DNA of 64,000 nt from Rotaria socialis (GCA_905331295.1 CAJNYD010000017.1:124001-188000); one strand, 5' to 3'; positions 43,754 through 55,338 are shown, numbered from the stretch's first letter. The notes: generated from the sequence alone by a model not told the origin. Program-made: numbers and translations.

Positions 43754-45699
43754 GGTTATGTGTTACTTTTTTCTTAACAATGGATCGAAATAATTTGACT
43801 ATATGTATATAAATATAATAGCTCTAGGAAAGAGAAAAATGAGACGAACGCGATTTGTCATTATCAGACTGAAGGGTCAGTGTACAGTGAATTCATTGTC
43901 ACAAATGAAAGAAAGAAGAAAAAAGAAAAAAAAGAAACGAAGGACAGGCATTCAATCTGACCTCAGATTAAGTCCATGTTACAAGAATGAGAAAAGAAGA
44001 AACACATGATTGGTTTTCGTTTGATTAGTGAATGTAAAAGAGAACATTGATTAATTCATTTCAAGTTTTCCTACGATCGTATTCTTTTTTTCTCCTATCT
44101 AGAAAAATAATTTATGTTACACGTCAAACGGAATATTAGCAAAGATGATTGAATCTCGTAGATAGATTATCAAAACAAAGCAAACTTTAACGATCTGTTT
44201 TATCGCTCAAGAAGAAATGATTACAATAAATGAATTGATGTTATGTTGAGTGAGTATTGAAGAACAATAACTCCTCTTGAATCTTTTGTAATATAATCAA
44301 TGGCGTATAGTATGACAACTGATCAATTCAAGACACTGCAAGCTTTTTTTCTAATCGTTGTATTCATCTGATTTTACTTCTAGTAATCATAGAGAGAGAT
44401 TTATGTTTTTTAAGTTACAATACTTTAGCTAAAGAAATTTTCCAGTAGTTATGACTTCGTACTAGATATTTAACTATGTACAATCAGCTTGTCTTGATCA
44501 TTCTGTAACTAATGAAAATGAACTTATCGAGGCATACATGAGCTGAGATGAAACTAGACATTTAAGATATTAATGAATTTTCTTTGAAGATAATGGGCAC
44601 GTTGTTTCTAATGATTAGACTTGGCTTATTTGATCTAATCAAGGAAACACTTCTTGTTTAATTATATGTCATTGCCGTAAAATTAAGGACATCCTCGATA
44701 CAGCGATTGTATGGAAAAAAAATAATTTGAAAATGTTTAAATGATCACTATCAGATACTGTTGGGATTTTCCCAGTAGAATCGATTGTTTGTTTTGATTC
44801 TCTTTATGTTTGAAATAAAATGAATGGTTTCCTTACAACTAACTAGATTTCACTTTTAAAGTGTTTTATCATCGAAAAGTGGGAATATAATTTAGGAATT
44901 GGTCTAGGAGGTTGCAAATTGTAGCGCATGAAATTCATCAACAACTGCAGGAATTGTATTGTGGCCCTTTATTCGTCGTTCAATCAATAGTAATAAATAT
45001 AACTGGATCTTGCAGACTTCAATATTAAATCGAATGATTTTGGATACCAAGCCGTCTTAAAATCGATGAGTTAACTGCTGTATCTGGTACAGTCAGTCAA
45101 CGTCTACACGGGAACATCATATGAGATACAGCTCCCCTCTAAAGCTCAATTGTTTTTGAATTAGTTGACAGTAATATTTTATATTAGGCAGCTTCCGTAA
45201 AACCATTTGAATGGTAAGAATTCAAGTGTGTTCAGTTAATTCATCAGTTTTTAAACAGCAGCTAGTCAATTACGGTTTATTTTTGCAAACACTTTACTGT
45301 TTGCCGGTTTTTTTCCGAAATCTTGAAGATTTTTAGTGGTGGTAGCCGTGGGAAATAAGTATGTTGCTTTGTTTGTTTAATTTAATTTAAAATCGATGGC
45401 ATTATTAGTAAAGTACATATGGAGATTCTCGAGGGTGTGGGTGTCAATAATCATAATCAACTATGTTTAATTCTTACGCTTTTTAGAAGAACTCTATGAT
45501 CATGTTTATGTGCTTGATAAGAACTGATTTTTTTTCTCCCATGGTCAAATATTTACATCTTTTCAGTAACTTTGCCAGATAAATGAATTTATTTCACATA
45601 TGTATTCTTTATGAGTTTTAGATTGTATGACTGCAGTTGTGACAGGTATTTAAGCGTTTAATTAAATCAAGCAAATAACTGATTATAAATATATTTTAG

Positions 45700-46610
45700 T
45701 TTATTCCAGTGAGTAGCACTTGTCATGATGATCCAACAAAATATCATTCAGGACCAGCTACCTCGATGATTGTTCCTAACAATCAGATACATTTCAAGGC
45801 ATGTAGCTTTTATCTCTTAAATGTTAGGTTGATCTGGTTTAGATTTTCTTGTAAACAACATTGTTAAAATTGTATGATGAAATACGACCGAATTTAATAT
45901 TGACAACTGGTGGAACGGGAATCAGTCCAGATGATATTACATCAGAAGTGTATGTGTGCGTGTACTTTTTTATTTAATAGACTCACTTTTGCTTTAGGTG
46001 ACGAATTAAGAGTTACCACAAAGAAAATTCGTGGTCTAATACAGACAATGATTGCGAAGCATTAACAATTATTCACAGGGCTATGCTTTCGAGATGAAAT
46101 CGACGTGCTAAAGCAGTTATGACATACTAATATGTTAATCAAATGTTAGATAGTTGATTAGTTGTCTACAATGTGAATAGTGGACGTTCATATGTTGGAG
46201 GAGAAAATATTGAATTATTTTGTTCGACTTCAAACTCTTTTAATGCAGACTAATACACTACTTGTGGAAGATCAATGTGTAGTGATTAATATCAGTACTA
46301 AATTACCCGATAGGAGAAGAGTATATGTATTATTTCTGAATGTTCATTGAATCAAGATGTTAGGTTCTGCATAGAGATATTGACGATGATGTTCAAATGA
46401 GTGAATGAGTTTTACAAAAGAATGTTCCTTCGGGACTTGCTCAGCTAGGTTTACTTGCTACAGTTGGACTACAAATAATACATGCTTATGAGAAACCACG
46501 TCTAGTCATTCTTTCAACTGATAGTAATAAAATCATTCTTATGAGTGCATTAAAAAATTTAAATATATAACATACTATTTACTCTCAATTTGGCATTATA
46601 TATAATACGT
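45700..46610 (+). pseudogene. GPHN: Gephyrin (MogA + MoeA domains) pseudogene
   Basis: G-domain NLILTTGGTGISPDDITSE and AMLSR; E-domain QLGLLATVGL...KPRLVILST-DSN; in-frame stops, frameshifts and internal deletions; intron remnants kept. Confidence 0.8.
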
Positions 46611-46996
46611 AACTTTCATTCGTATTCCGTATCTTTCCAAACAGCTATTTCGAAAATTTATTCTAGTGAAACATCGGTTATTTAAACATTACAATCTCAT
46701 CTTCCAATAGCGCGCATTCTTGTGCGGGTCAGTGTGTCTGTGGATTGTATTTTTTATTGATAGCCACTCCCTCAAGCCACATATTTTGTTGTAATGTCGT
46801 TCTTCTTTTTCTGTTGATAATAAAACGACATGTCATGAGAAAATCACATCATCGTTTATTTTTGTGAACGAGACATTGATACTATTAATTTCGTACATCA
46901 GTGGATATCTGCAGTTGAGTTGTTTGTCACAGCATTATCTTACATTACGAATTATTCAACAGAATTACTAACAAATTTTCTTGATTTTTAAAGAAA

Positions 46997-47103
46997 GTGC
47001 TGCTCTGGCAGGTCGATGTTGCCATCAACCCGCATGATTTCGTCATCGCAACATGTATTTGATCAGCGAAGATCTTTTACCTCTTGGTAAGTTTATAATA
47101 AGC
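46997..47103 (-). ncRNA. Spliced-leader (SL) RNA gene, copy 1 (variant leader)
   Basis: GCTTATTATAAACTTACCAAGAG|GTAAAA followed by the conserved TTGCGATGACGAAA block and the 3' hairpin GCGGGTTGATG-GCAA-CATCGACCTGC. Confidence 0.8.
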
Positions 47104-47239
47104 AATTTAACATCGTTGGTCTGTAGGACACGATATTCTTCTCGTTCTGACACATCACTCGCTTACATTCTTCTTTGTTCTGTACGGAAAGAGTAGAGAC
47201 AAAAATAATTTCGTGCTCTGAACCTCGACGAATAAAGTT
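47104..47239. promoter_or_regulatory. Divergent spacer between SL copies 1 and 2 with conserved upstream motifs
   Basis: TCGTGYYCT at about -29/-30 and ACGA at about -12/-13 upstream of each leader; the same motifs and spacing occur upstream of copies 3 and 5. Confidence 0.6.
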
Positions 47240-47344
47240 GCTTATTACAACTTACCAAGAGGTAAATGGCCTTTACTGATGAAAAACAGGTTGCGATGAC
47301 GAAATTGAGCGGGTTGATGGCAACATCGACCTGCCAGAGCAACA
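47240..47344 (+). ncRNA. Spliced-leader (SL) RNA gene, copy 2
   Basis: GCTTATTACAACTTACCAAGAG matches the bdelloid SL exon as I recall it (GGCTTATTACAACTTACCAAGAG). It is followed directly by a GT donor, with a TTACC/GGTAA stem over the donor, a 3' GNRA hairpin and a T-run; ~105 nt in total. Confidence 0.88.
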
Positions 47345-47723
47345 TTTTTCAATAAATAAAATTCAAATGCACCATCGGTAGATTGTACGAATCTATGCTT
47401 AATAACGTGTATTCAAATACAATGTTATAGCAGTCTTCAGTAATATTAATGTAATAACTAAACAACTACTGCAGAATTAAAACGAAATATAGGCTGTTTA
47501 TGCTATCTTTCACAATTAGAACAATCTTACTATGCATACTCTCAAATTCATATCAATCACTTTTCTTTGAGTAGCACTCGCAATACTGTTTAGTTTTATC
47601 GCTCAATTCTGAGCAGTCAGATGTTTTTTGAAACAACCTATGATTGAAAAATGCAGAACCAGCACGGCAGCTTTCAAACTTCACTTGAGAATCACTGAAT
47701 ATTGTCATTTTATTTATTAAAAA

Positions 47724-47829
47724 GTGTTGCTCTGGCAGATCATTGTTTCCAACAATCCGCACGATTTCGTCATCGCAACATGTATGCGATCAATGAAGAT
47801 CTTTTACCTCTTGGTAAGTTGTAATAAGC
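47724..47829 (-). ncRNA. Spliced-leader (SL) RNA gene, copy 3
   Basis: Same 22-nt leader plus GTAAAA; 3' hairpin GCGGATTGTTG-GAAA-CAATGATCTGC. Confidence 0.85.
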
Positions 47830-47871
47830 AATTGTCTTCGTGGAGATCCAGGGCACGACACCCCACTTGTN

Positions 47872-47942
47872 TACTGATGAAAAACAGGTTGCGATGACGA
47901 AATTGAGCGGGTTGATGGCAACATCGACCTGCCAGAGCAACA
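47872..47942 (+). ncRNA. SL RNA gene copy 4, 3' part only (5' end lost at the N gap)
   Basis: Identical to 47274-47344 and begins immediately after the N at 47871. Confidence 0.6.
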
Positions 47943-48321
47943 TTTTTCAATAAATAAAATTCAAATGCACCATCAGTAGATTGTACGAATCTGTGCTTAA
48001 TAACGTGTATTCAAATACAATGTTATAGCAGTCTTCAGTAATATTAATGTAATAACTAAACAACTACTGCAGAATTAAAACGAAATATAGGTTGTCTATG
48101 CTATCTTTCACAATTAGAACAATCTTACTATGCATACTCTCAAATTCATATCAATCACTTTTCTTTGAGTAGCACTCTCAATACTTTTTAGTTTTATCGC
48201 TCAATTCTGAGCAGTCAGATGTTTTTTGAAACAACCTATGATTGAAAAATGCAGAACCAGCACGGCACTTTTCAAACTTCCCTTCAGAAACACTGGATAT
48301 TGTCACTTTATTTATTAAAAA

Positions 48322-48427
48322 GTGTTGCTCTGGCAGATCATTGTTTCCAACAATCCGCAGAATTTCGTCATCGCAACATGTATGCGATCAATGAAGATCT
48401 TTTACCTCTTGGTAAGTTGTAATAAGC
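48322..48427 (-). ncRNA. Spliced-leader (SL) RNA gene, copy 5
   Basis: Same 22-nt leader plus GT donor; AATTCTG immediately before the 3' GAAA hairpin. Confidence 0.85.
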
Positions 48428-49564
48428 AATTGTCTTCGTGGAGATCCAGGGCACGACACCCCACTTGTCTTTACACTTTTCATCAACGAAGCCGTCCGAT
48501 CAATGATTTCTCAAGTTCAATAGAATTGTTAAAGATGGCAGTAATGTCGTCGACTTAATAAGGTCGTCTGGAATAAAGCCACACAGGGATGAATCGCAGA
48601 GCTTGAATTTTTGAAGTCGAACCTATGGAAGATAAAAGTAATATACGTTGCCCAAATTTAATAAAATAATTCGAAGAAGATTTACGAAAAAAGGAACTAA
48701 TGAAAAAACTAAAATTTGATGATAGCATTGAAAATCATCTAATTGATTCAAATCAAGACCGTGAGAATGATAAACTGACCAAAATGGTAAATGTCATATA
48801 GTTCAGTCTCTTCTATCTTAAATGACACCCAATTATCAAGCAAAAATCTCATCTTAGATTTATTTCTAAAAGTGAAGGTATGAATGATAATATAAAGAGT
48901 ACTGGTGTTTGAATTATGAAATAAAACTTCACCAATAAGAGAATATTTCTAATGAATCAACAAACGAACCATCTGTAACTTTCGACTTCGTATAAAATGA
49001 TCAAGATGAAATTTCATTTAGAATTAAATTAATTGGAGTACAAATTTTGTGTATGTTAAGTTTCGCCTTAGGAAACGTCTTCATAATAGTCAATCGTCTT
49101 GGAAACAAAAAAACTATAGAACTTTTTTATTAGACGTGTTTTAGTTTTATTAATGTGCAGGTTGATGATAACATCGACCTATCAGAGTAACAGCTAATAA
49201 GTGGAATATATTTATTCAAGAACATACCGGTTGATATATATCCTGTTTGGAAAGAATTACTTTCCGAAACTGAGATATCATAATGCGATGAAACCAGTAA
49301 ATGGATAAAAATATATGACTTTTTACAATGGAAAAAAGAGTCGTTTCATGATTATATGTAGGAACTTCTCGTCATTTTAAGAGGAATTTTATGTAAATAT
49401 CATATCCCCTGATCGGTTGAAAGATACGTGTATCTTCAAACAAGTAGTTTTCAATTGGTAGACATAATCAATACAATAAGAATCGTATTCATTATTCTAT
49501 GTGTTGTTAAATCCATGAATAATGTGAATCCGAAAAGGCTATGTTTAAAATAGTATTTTTTTTA

Positions 49565-52180
49565 TTTGACGAACTTAATCAAGAATCAATTATTGATGAT
49601 TATGACGATGATGAATTAAATATAGGTCGTTTGAATTCGGAATATTTTCTTGGTGATTTTAAATCTTCAAATGACCAACGTAAATTGCAAACGAAACAAA
49701 AATGGGTTGATCATATGATTGAAAGTGCAAAATTAGATGAATATGAACGTCAACATGAAAGTGACAAACGTTTTATTTTGACGTGACACCAACACTTGAT
49801 AAGCAATGGAATGCATTAAGCACAGCAATGGGTGTTAAAGAAAAAATTTCAAGATACGTTAAAGAAACTGCTGATGCTTATAATAAACTTGTTGATTGAT
49901 TAAAATTTGAAGTTCAAACAACAGTTGATCGTTGGATTTTCTATCTACAACTGAATATTTATTATAGCATTGTTTTCACTGTAGATACATCGAAATATTC
50001 GTACAAATGAGCGACTACCGAACCTGGGTAAAATTTATTAATCATTAAGGTAAACATACACACAAACATTTTATCATTGTAGGTTAGTCAAACAGTCGAT
50101 TTAATTAGAGTTCATTTAACAAACTATGAACTATTCGTGCAAAACAAAGGCCATTTAAAAGCGCAAATTGTTATGTTTGACAACACCGAAAGAAGCGCAA
50201 CATTGCAACAACAATTGAAGGGCCTCAATAAAAAGATCGATGACGTTTTAAAAGACATAGTCACGGGGGTCAAATTGTTGCAGCAATTGGAGATCGAAAG
50301 TAAGACTTTCTCCAATGATTGGTTTATTGTATAATTAAAATTTGTTTGTCTTTATTTATAGACAACACGAACCAAGAAGCAACAAGTTGATGCTTTGAAA
50401 GACTGCCGCCAATTTGTTTCTCATATCCGTTTGCCACATTTGTTATTTGTAGTCCTAAAAACATAACTAAAAGATATACCGGTGGTTAAACAAGAAAGTA
50501 AATCTAAAACACGCTGCAATTCCTCTAGATAAACGTAAATCAAAAGCTCATGTTGACACAGCAAATAAAGTCAACCCATTTGATCTTGATGTCAATCCTT
50601 GCAGACATGGTGTACTGGACAAACGATGTAGTTATGCAAAATGTGGTCAACCACTTAAATCTCCATCACGATGCGTTGAAAAAGTAATTTTCTGTTGTGT
50701 TTCTTCATTTCTTAATGCATTTTTATTTCATAGAGAAAACGTACACTATTAAAAGAATTAAATTCTCTGTTGATACGCAATACACTTATTGATAATTGCC
50801 TCGATGAAAATGATGCAACATTGGCACGATGAAAAATTAATGCAATATTTTATTATCGAATGAACGTGTTTTTTTTTCTTATAATCTCAAGCTATGTGAT
50901 CCAACATCAAAATATCCTACGGAACTTTTCAATGCCTATTTAATCGACACAGTGTGTATATAAAGTTTCTACAATTAATGTGCTTCTATAGAAATTATTC
51001 AATCAATCTTTAATAAAGCTGTTCCATATACGTATATTACTGATTTTATTTTCTAGCTCCATCTGATCTTCACAAACGTCAATCTCGTTTATCTGATGAT
51101 CGAAGATACCTTAAGTGCTATTTGAACACCGATAAATGATAAACGATTACCACCAATAGCAACATCAGTTCTAAATGTAACTTACCGCGTGTTTCTCTCT
51201 TTTCAAAAACAAGCATTATATTTTTCGGATTGTTTAAGAATTATTTTCATCTTCTATTCGATTGTTATGAATCAACAACATCAAATCGAACATGATTAAA
51301 TCAAATCGGTAAAAATCTTCTTCATATTTTACAATTAGTTAATAACGAACAAACAAAAACGAATACATTCAATCGATTACAACAATCTCATACGACATTA
51401 AATGAACAGATTGAAAATGAAACGTTTTCTCAAGTAGATTCATCATTCGTATGTTATATTTCATATTTCTTTTAATTTAATCTCTCATTAAACTTTTTAT
51501 TTTATAATTAGTCTTTTCTTAAAATTAATCGTTCATCTTGATCCAACATCATATTTTATTCATCCGATAGCAGCAACGCCATCAAGAACATTGTTTATTC
51601 AAGCATTCAATCATTCATGTGTTTTTGTTGAAATATGTTTTTCCAACATTCCTCTTTATTCTTGTGATAGACTTGTCTCAAATTACTTTGTTCATGTCGG
51701 CAAGCATTATTTTCTATTTAACTAGTAAAACAAGAAACATGATTTTTGTCATTGTAAATTTTGTTATTGAAATAAATTTTCGTTCCATAATGGATATTAA
51801 AAAAAAGTCGTCTCCATGCATTGCGTATCCCATGAAAATGAAAACATCTCGATATGTAATACTCTATTCATCGAAACAGATTGATAATAATGAATTTCTT
51901 GTCATAAATAAAGACATTAATTTGTAAGTAACAGAAGAAACATCATTCATTACTTACTGACTAGCTCATCGTACTAGAAGAAAACCATTCCATTGAAATG
52001 AAAGATTTAGAACAGTTTTTGAGAATTTCCATCAATACGCTATGATAAGGAGAAAATTGTTGGAAGTCGGCGTAACTCTATAAGGCATGAATGATTGAAT
52101 GCTTGAATAAACAATGTTATTGATGGCGTTGTTATCGGACGAATAAAATCCAATGTTGGATAAAGATGATGAAGTAATTT
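49565..52180 (+). pseudogene. NOP14: Fragmented, rearranged NOP14 pseudogene
   Basis: Middle segment TKQKWVDHMIESAKLDEYERQ...LDKQW...ADAYNKLVD*LKFE (49565-49930); N-terminal VNPFDLDVN...RKRTLLKE...LIDNCLDEND (50530-50830); LIVHLDPTSYFIHPIAATP (51522-51618); an inverted copy LYPTLDFIRPITTP (52084-52180). Stops and frameshifts throughout. Confidence 0.75.
50007..50425 (+). pseudogene. Spliced coiled-coil gene fragment inserted among the NOP14 pieces
   Basis: ATG exon MSDYRTW, GT-AG intron, open exon ...LQQQLKGLNKKIDDVLKDIV...; the third exon ends in a stop or frameshift; no family recognised. Confidence 0.35.
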
Positions 52181-52418
52181 AAAACACGGAATCTAATCAG
52201 CTCGCATATACGACAAAAGATACAATGTTCAGTAGTAGATTTCGATTTCCAACTGCTTTATTCATCGATACAATATTAATATTCATTCATAATGCAACAC
52301 AAGTTCATACCGTTATTTCAGTAGTTGTTTTTGACAATAACTCAGCTTTCAATGCACATATTTTACTTTGTACTTGACACACAACACATTTTTATTCAGA
52401 GAAAATAACAGAACAAAA

Positions 52419-54331
52419 TTAAAGCGACAACGAAGGAAAATAGTCATAAACATCTTTCGGATAGACCATGGATTGTTCAGCAATTAATTGTTTTATTTTA
52501 GCACAATTCCGTCGTGTTTCACCTCTTGTAAAGTTGTTTGTCACTATTTTCAAATTAACATATTTAACTTTTAATTCAGTTAAACGAGGTAGATGGGTTT
52601 TTGTATCATTGAGAAAATGTTCAATATAATGAATGTGTGCACCAGTGATGTTAAGTGAAACAAGATACGGGTATTTAACAATTGAGCGCCAGTCGTTTTC
52701 ATAAAGATGACGCTCGCGAGATCTCCAAAAAGGTGGTTGAATATTCTTAATACTTAAATCTTTAAGAAATGGAAAAGCTTGAGTAAGTCGAATGAAAAAT
52801 TCATATTTGAATGCGTCTTGATCCCATAACATCAAATGAGTAACAGAAGTAAATACAATGTTTGGAATATTATTTCCGATCTCTTCGAGACGATGAAATT
52901 TAACTGGGAGTGAAAAAACTCGACAAATCGTTTCCCAATCGTCGAAGTAATCCACCATACAAGCCACTTGTCGATATTGTATATTTGTAAAAGTGCTTAG
53001 AATATCTAAGTTAGATATACGTACATCTGGATCAACAGGGCCATGCTTAGAAGCGATATAAAATGTGAATGTATGAAGTCGTGGCATATGAATAAGAATT
53101 TCATTATCAAGATGAGTGCCAGCGATGAACGTGGAACCAGCCGATATATATATATATATATATAAATTTAATTCTTTGAGATGCGACATTCGACGAAGAA
53201 GAGGTAAAACCACACTGTCATAATCTTCAGTACTCTTATAACATGTTAATGAGAAACATTCTAAATTAGGTAGAGGATCCTGAAAAATTCAAAAAGCAAA
53301 TATTAATAAATTCAGTTTGTATTAGTTGCGCTCAGAAATAAATTATTACGTATTATACATTTACCGAAATTCTACTTTTAAATTTTAATAATGCAGAAAT
53401 CTCATTGTATCTTGCAGTTTTATTTAACTTTGTTTTATCTTCGATATTAAACATTACTAGTTAAAACAGCATAACAACACGAAACATAAACTCACCATGT
53501 TGTACGATGTTGAAGTTTTATAGATATAATTAACCTGAAGGATGAGTGAAGTTAATTGTTTGAGACGACCATCAAGTAAAGCAAGACAATCATCAAAATT
53601 ATTTGTATTAATACATAATTCAGTAAGAATCGAAGAGGAAAAAGTCATTGGTGGTAAACAGTATAACGATAAAGGTGGATAATCGTTGACAGATGATGGC
53701 AGAATACTCAAATGGTTTAGATTTTTAAAGAAATCCAAGATCGTTACATAAACATTGTTCGTATCCTTTGTGAGTACTTGTTCAATATAGTTTTCATTAC
53801 TGATAAGAATAAGATCCGTAATTTGTTGTTGATCAATATGTTGAAAGAGAGAATTATCTAAATGACATTCATATATAATTTAATCTGAACAGCTAAATAT
53901 CTTTTTTATGCTAATCTTTTAAGTTCATTAGACATGAATATCTCACCCGTGAAATAGCGTGGAACGATTTCTCTGTTGAAATTGAAAATTTTAAGTTCAG
54001 TGAGATTAGGATAGATGCCAGCGCCAAGAATACATTCAATGGAAGCAGATTCAACACTGAGTGATTTGACATTTTGTTGAATTCTTGGTAAGACATCAAT
54101 ACGAAATCGATTTAGCATGGAGTCAGAAATTGAACAAATCTCATCGGCTGATTGAGATATGGAAACGAAATTAAGGATGTTACTGAAGATTTGCTCTTGT
54201 GCTATAATATCAAGTCGTTGATTGTTGATACCAAATAAAGAATAAAGAACATCAATATTGTCGAGTTTCTTTAAAATGAGAAATAATATTTCATTTGGAA
54301 GATCAAGAAGATGAACAATACGTTGACTCAT
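52419..54331 (-). CDS. F-box domain protein with LRR-like C-terminus (bdelloid-type family), three exons
   Basis: N-terminal LLDLPNEILFLILKKLDNIDVLYSL; repeats such as LPRLTELKV and FPFLKDLSI; exons 54331-53948, ~53858-53496 and ~53280-52419 are in frame. Confidence 0.85.
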
Positions 54332-55023
54332 CTTTAAATGTGATCATGTCGTTCTCATCAAGACAACATACATATATATAGTTATCTATTGAGTCTTTGT
54401 TCATATAGATCTGAAACAGACTAGACGAATTGGACGTGAATTAACGAATATGATTGGTGTGTCGCTGTGCTAGAAAAGTATCGAAAAGAAAAAATTGCAG
54501 CTGGGAGTGTTCATTTTACGCCTCGCTATTTTGGTATTTATCTATGAGCATTTTCTGTCAACGAAATCAAACGAGTAAATTATTTGCATAAATGTAGTTT
54601 CTTTTATATGTAGATCAATTATCGTAAAGTTCTTTGTAAAGAATTGAGACCACATCGAATAAAATTTATTTAATGATTAAAAATTTGTGACTACAGCTTG
54701 ATTGCGGACATTTTTTTCCTCCAATTAAGAAAAAAAAGTCCGCAATCAACAAGACGCGTAATAGAATTAATGGCTGTTCTTGAGACAAGAAAAATCAAAT
54801 CATGCATCATGTTTGAAATGTCGAAAGTTAAAACAAATGTGTTCGATGTAATATAAGAGGCTTTGTAGAGTACGATGATCGATAAGGATGAACAAAAGCA
54901 ATTGAATCGAAATGGGAACGTAGAGTACAAGGAGCAATAACATCGTCGATAGTTCCTTTCGGTATTTTATCGTCATCATTGGGTTGTCTTAATTCTTTGG
55001 CAACCAAAACAACGATCTTCTTC

Positions 55024-55338
55024 TGGGGTTACTCTCGGTTCGTCCCCTCCGCACTAATTGACTCTCAATTCGTCCCCCCAATTCTTTGAATATGACAAAT
55101 CAACATGAATTTTAGATTTTAGAATAAATGGTAATAGTATAATTTTTTTTGTTTTTTGCTTTTAAAGTATATAGTATTGAAATAAATAAGAGGTATATAG
55201 CTTTTTTTATTATTTTATTTTAATTTTTCATATAATTCTTGTATTTTTAATCTAAAATTCATGTTGATTTGTCATATTCAAAGAATTGGGGGGACGAATT
55301 GAGTTAATTGGTAATGGGGACCAACCGAGAGGATCCCA
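55024..55338. mobile_element. MITE/fold-back element with long inverted repeats
   Basis: ctcaattcgtccccccaattctttgaatatgacaaatcaacatgaattttaga is inverted at ~55251-55303; outer arms ctctcggttcgtcccc / ggggaccaaccgagag; AT-rich centre. Confidence 0.8.

Larger units (their letters stand above)
47274..48468 (+). repeat. ~597 bp near-identical direct duplication joined at an N (47274-47870 / 47872-48468)
   Basis: The two units align end to end with scattered substitutions; single N at 47871. Confidence 0.9.

Noticed and set aside
44880..45130. Coding-like minus-strand fragment (MRYNLQPPRPIPKLY)
   Set aside because: Frames are broken and no identifiable motif is present.
46997..48468. Interspersed repeats as a CRISPR array or transposon TIRs
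   Set aside because: Units are ~105 nt in alternating orientation, in a eukaryotic context with no cas gene, transposase or TSD.
47163..48558. ORFs MLLWQVDVAINP... and MLLWQIIVSNNP... suggesting a small protein family
   Set aside because: They are antisense translations of the SL RNA copies, start at non-ATG codons, and the conservation fits RNA structure on the opposite strand.
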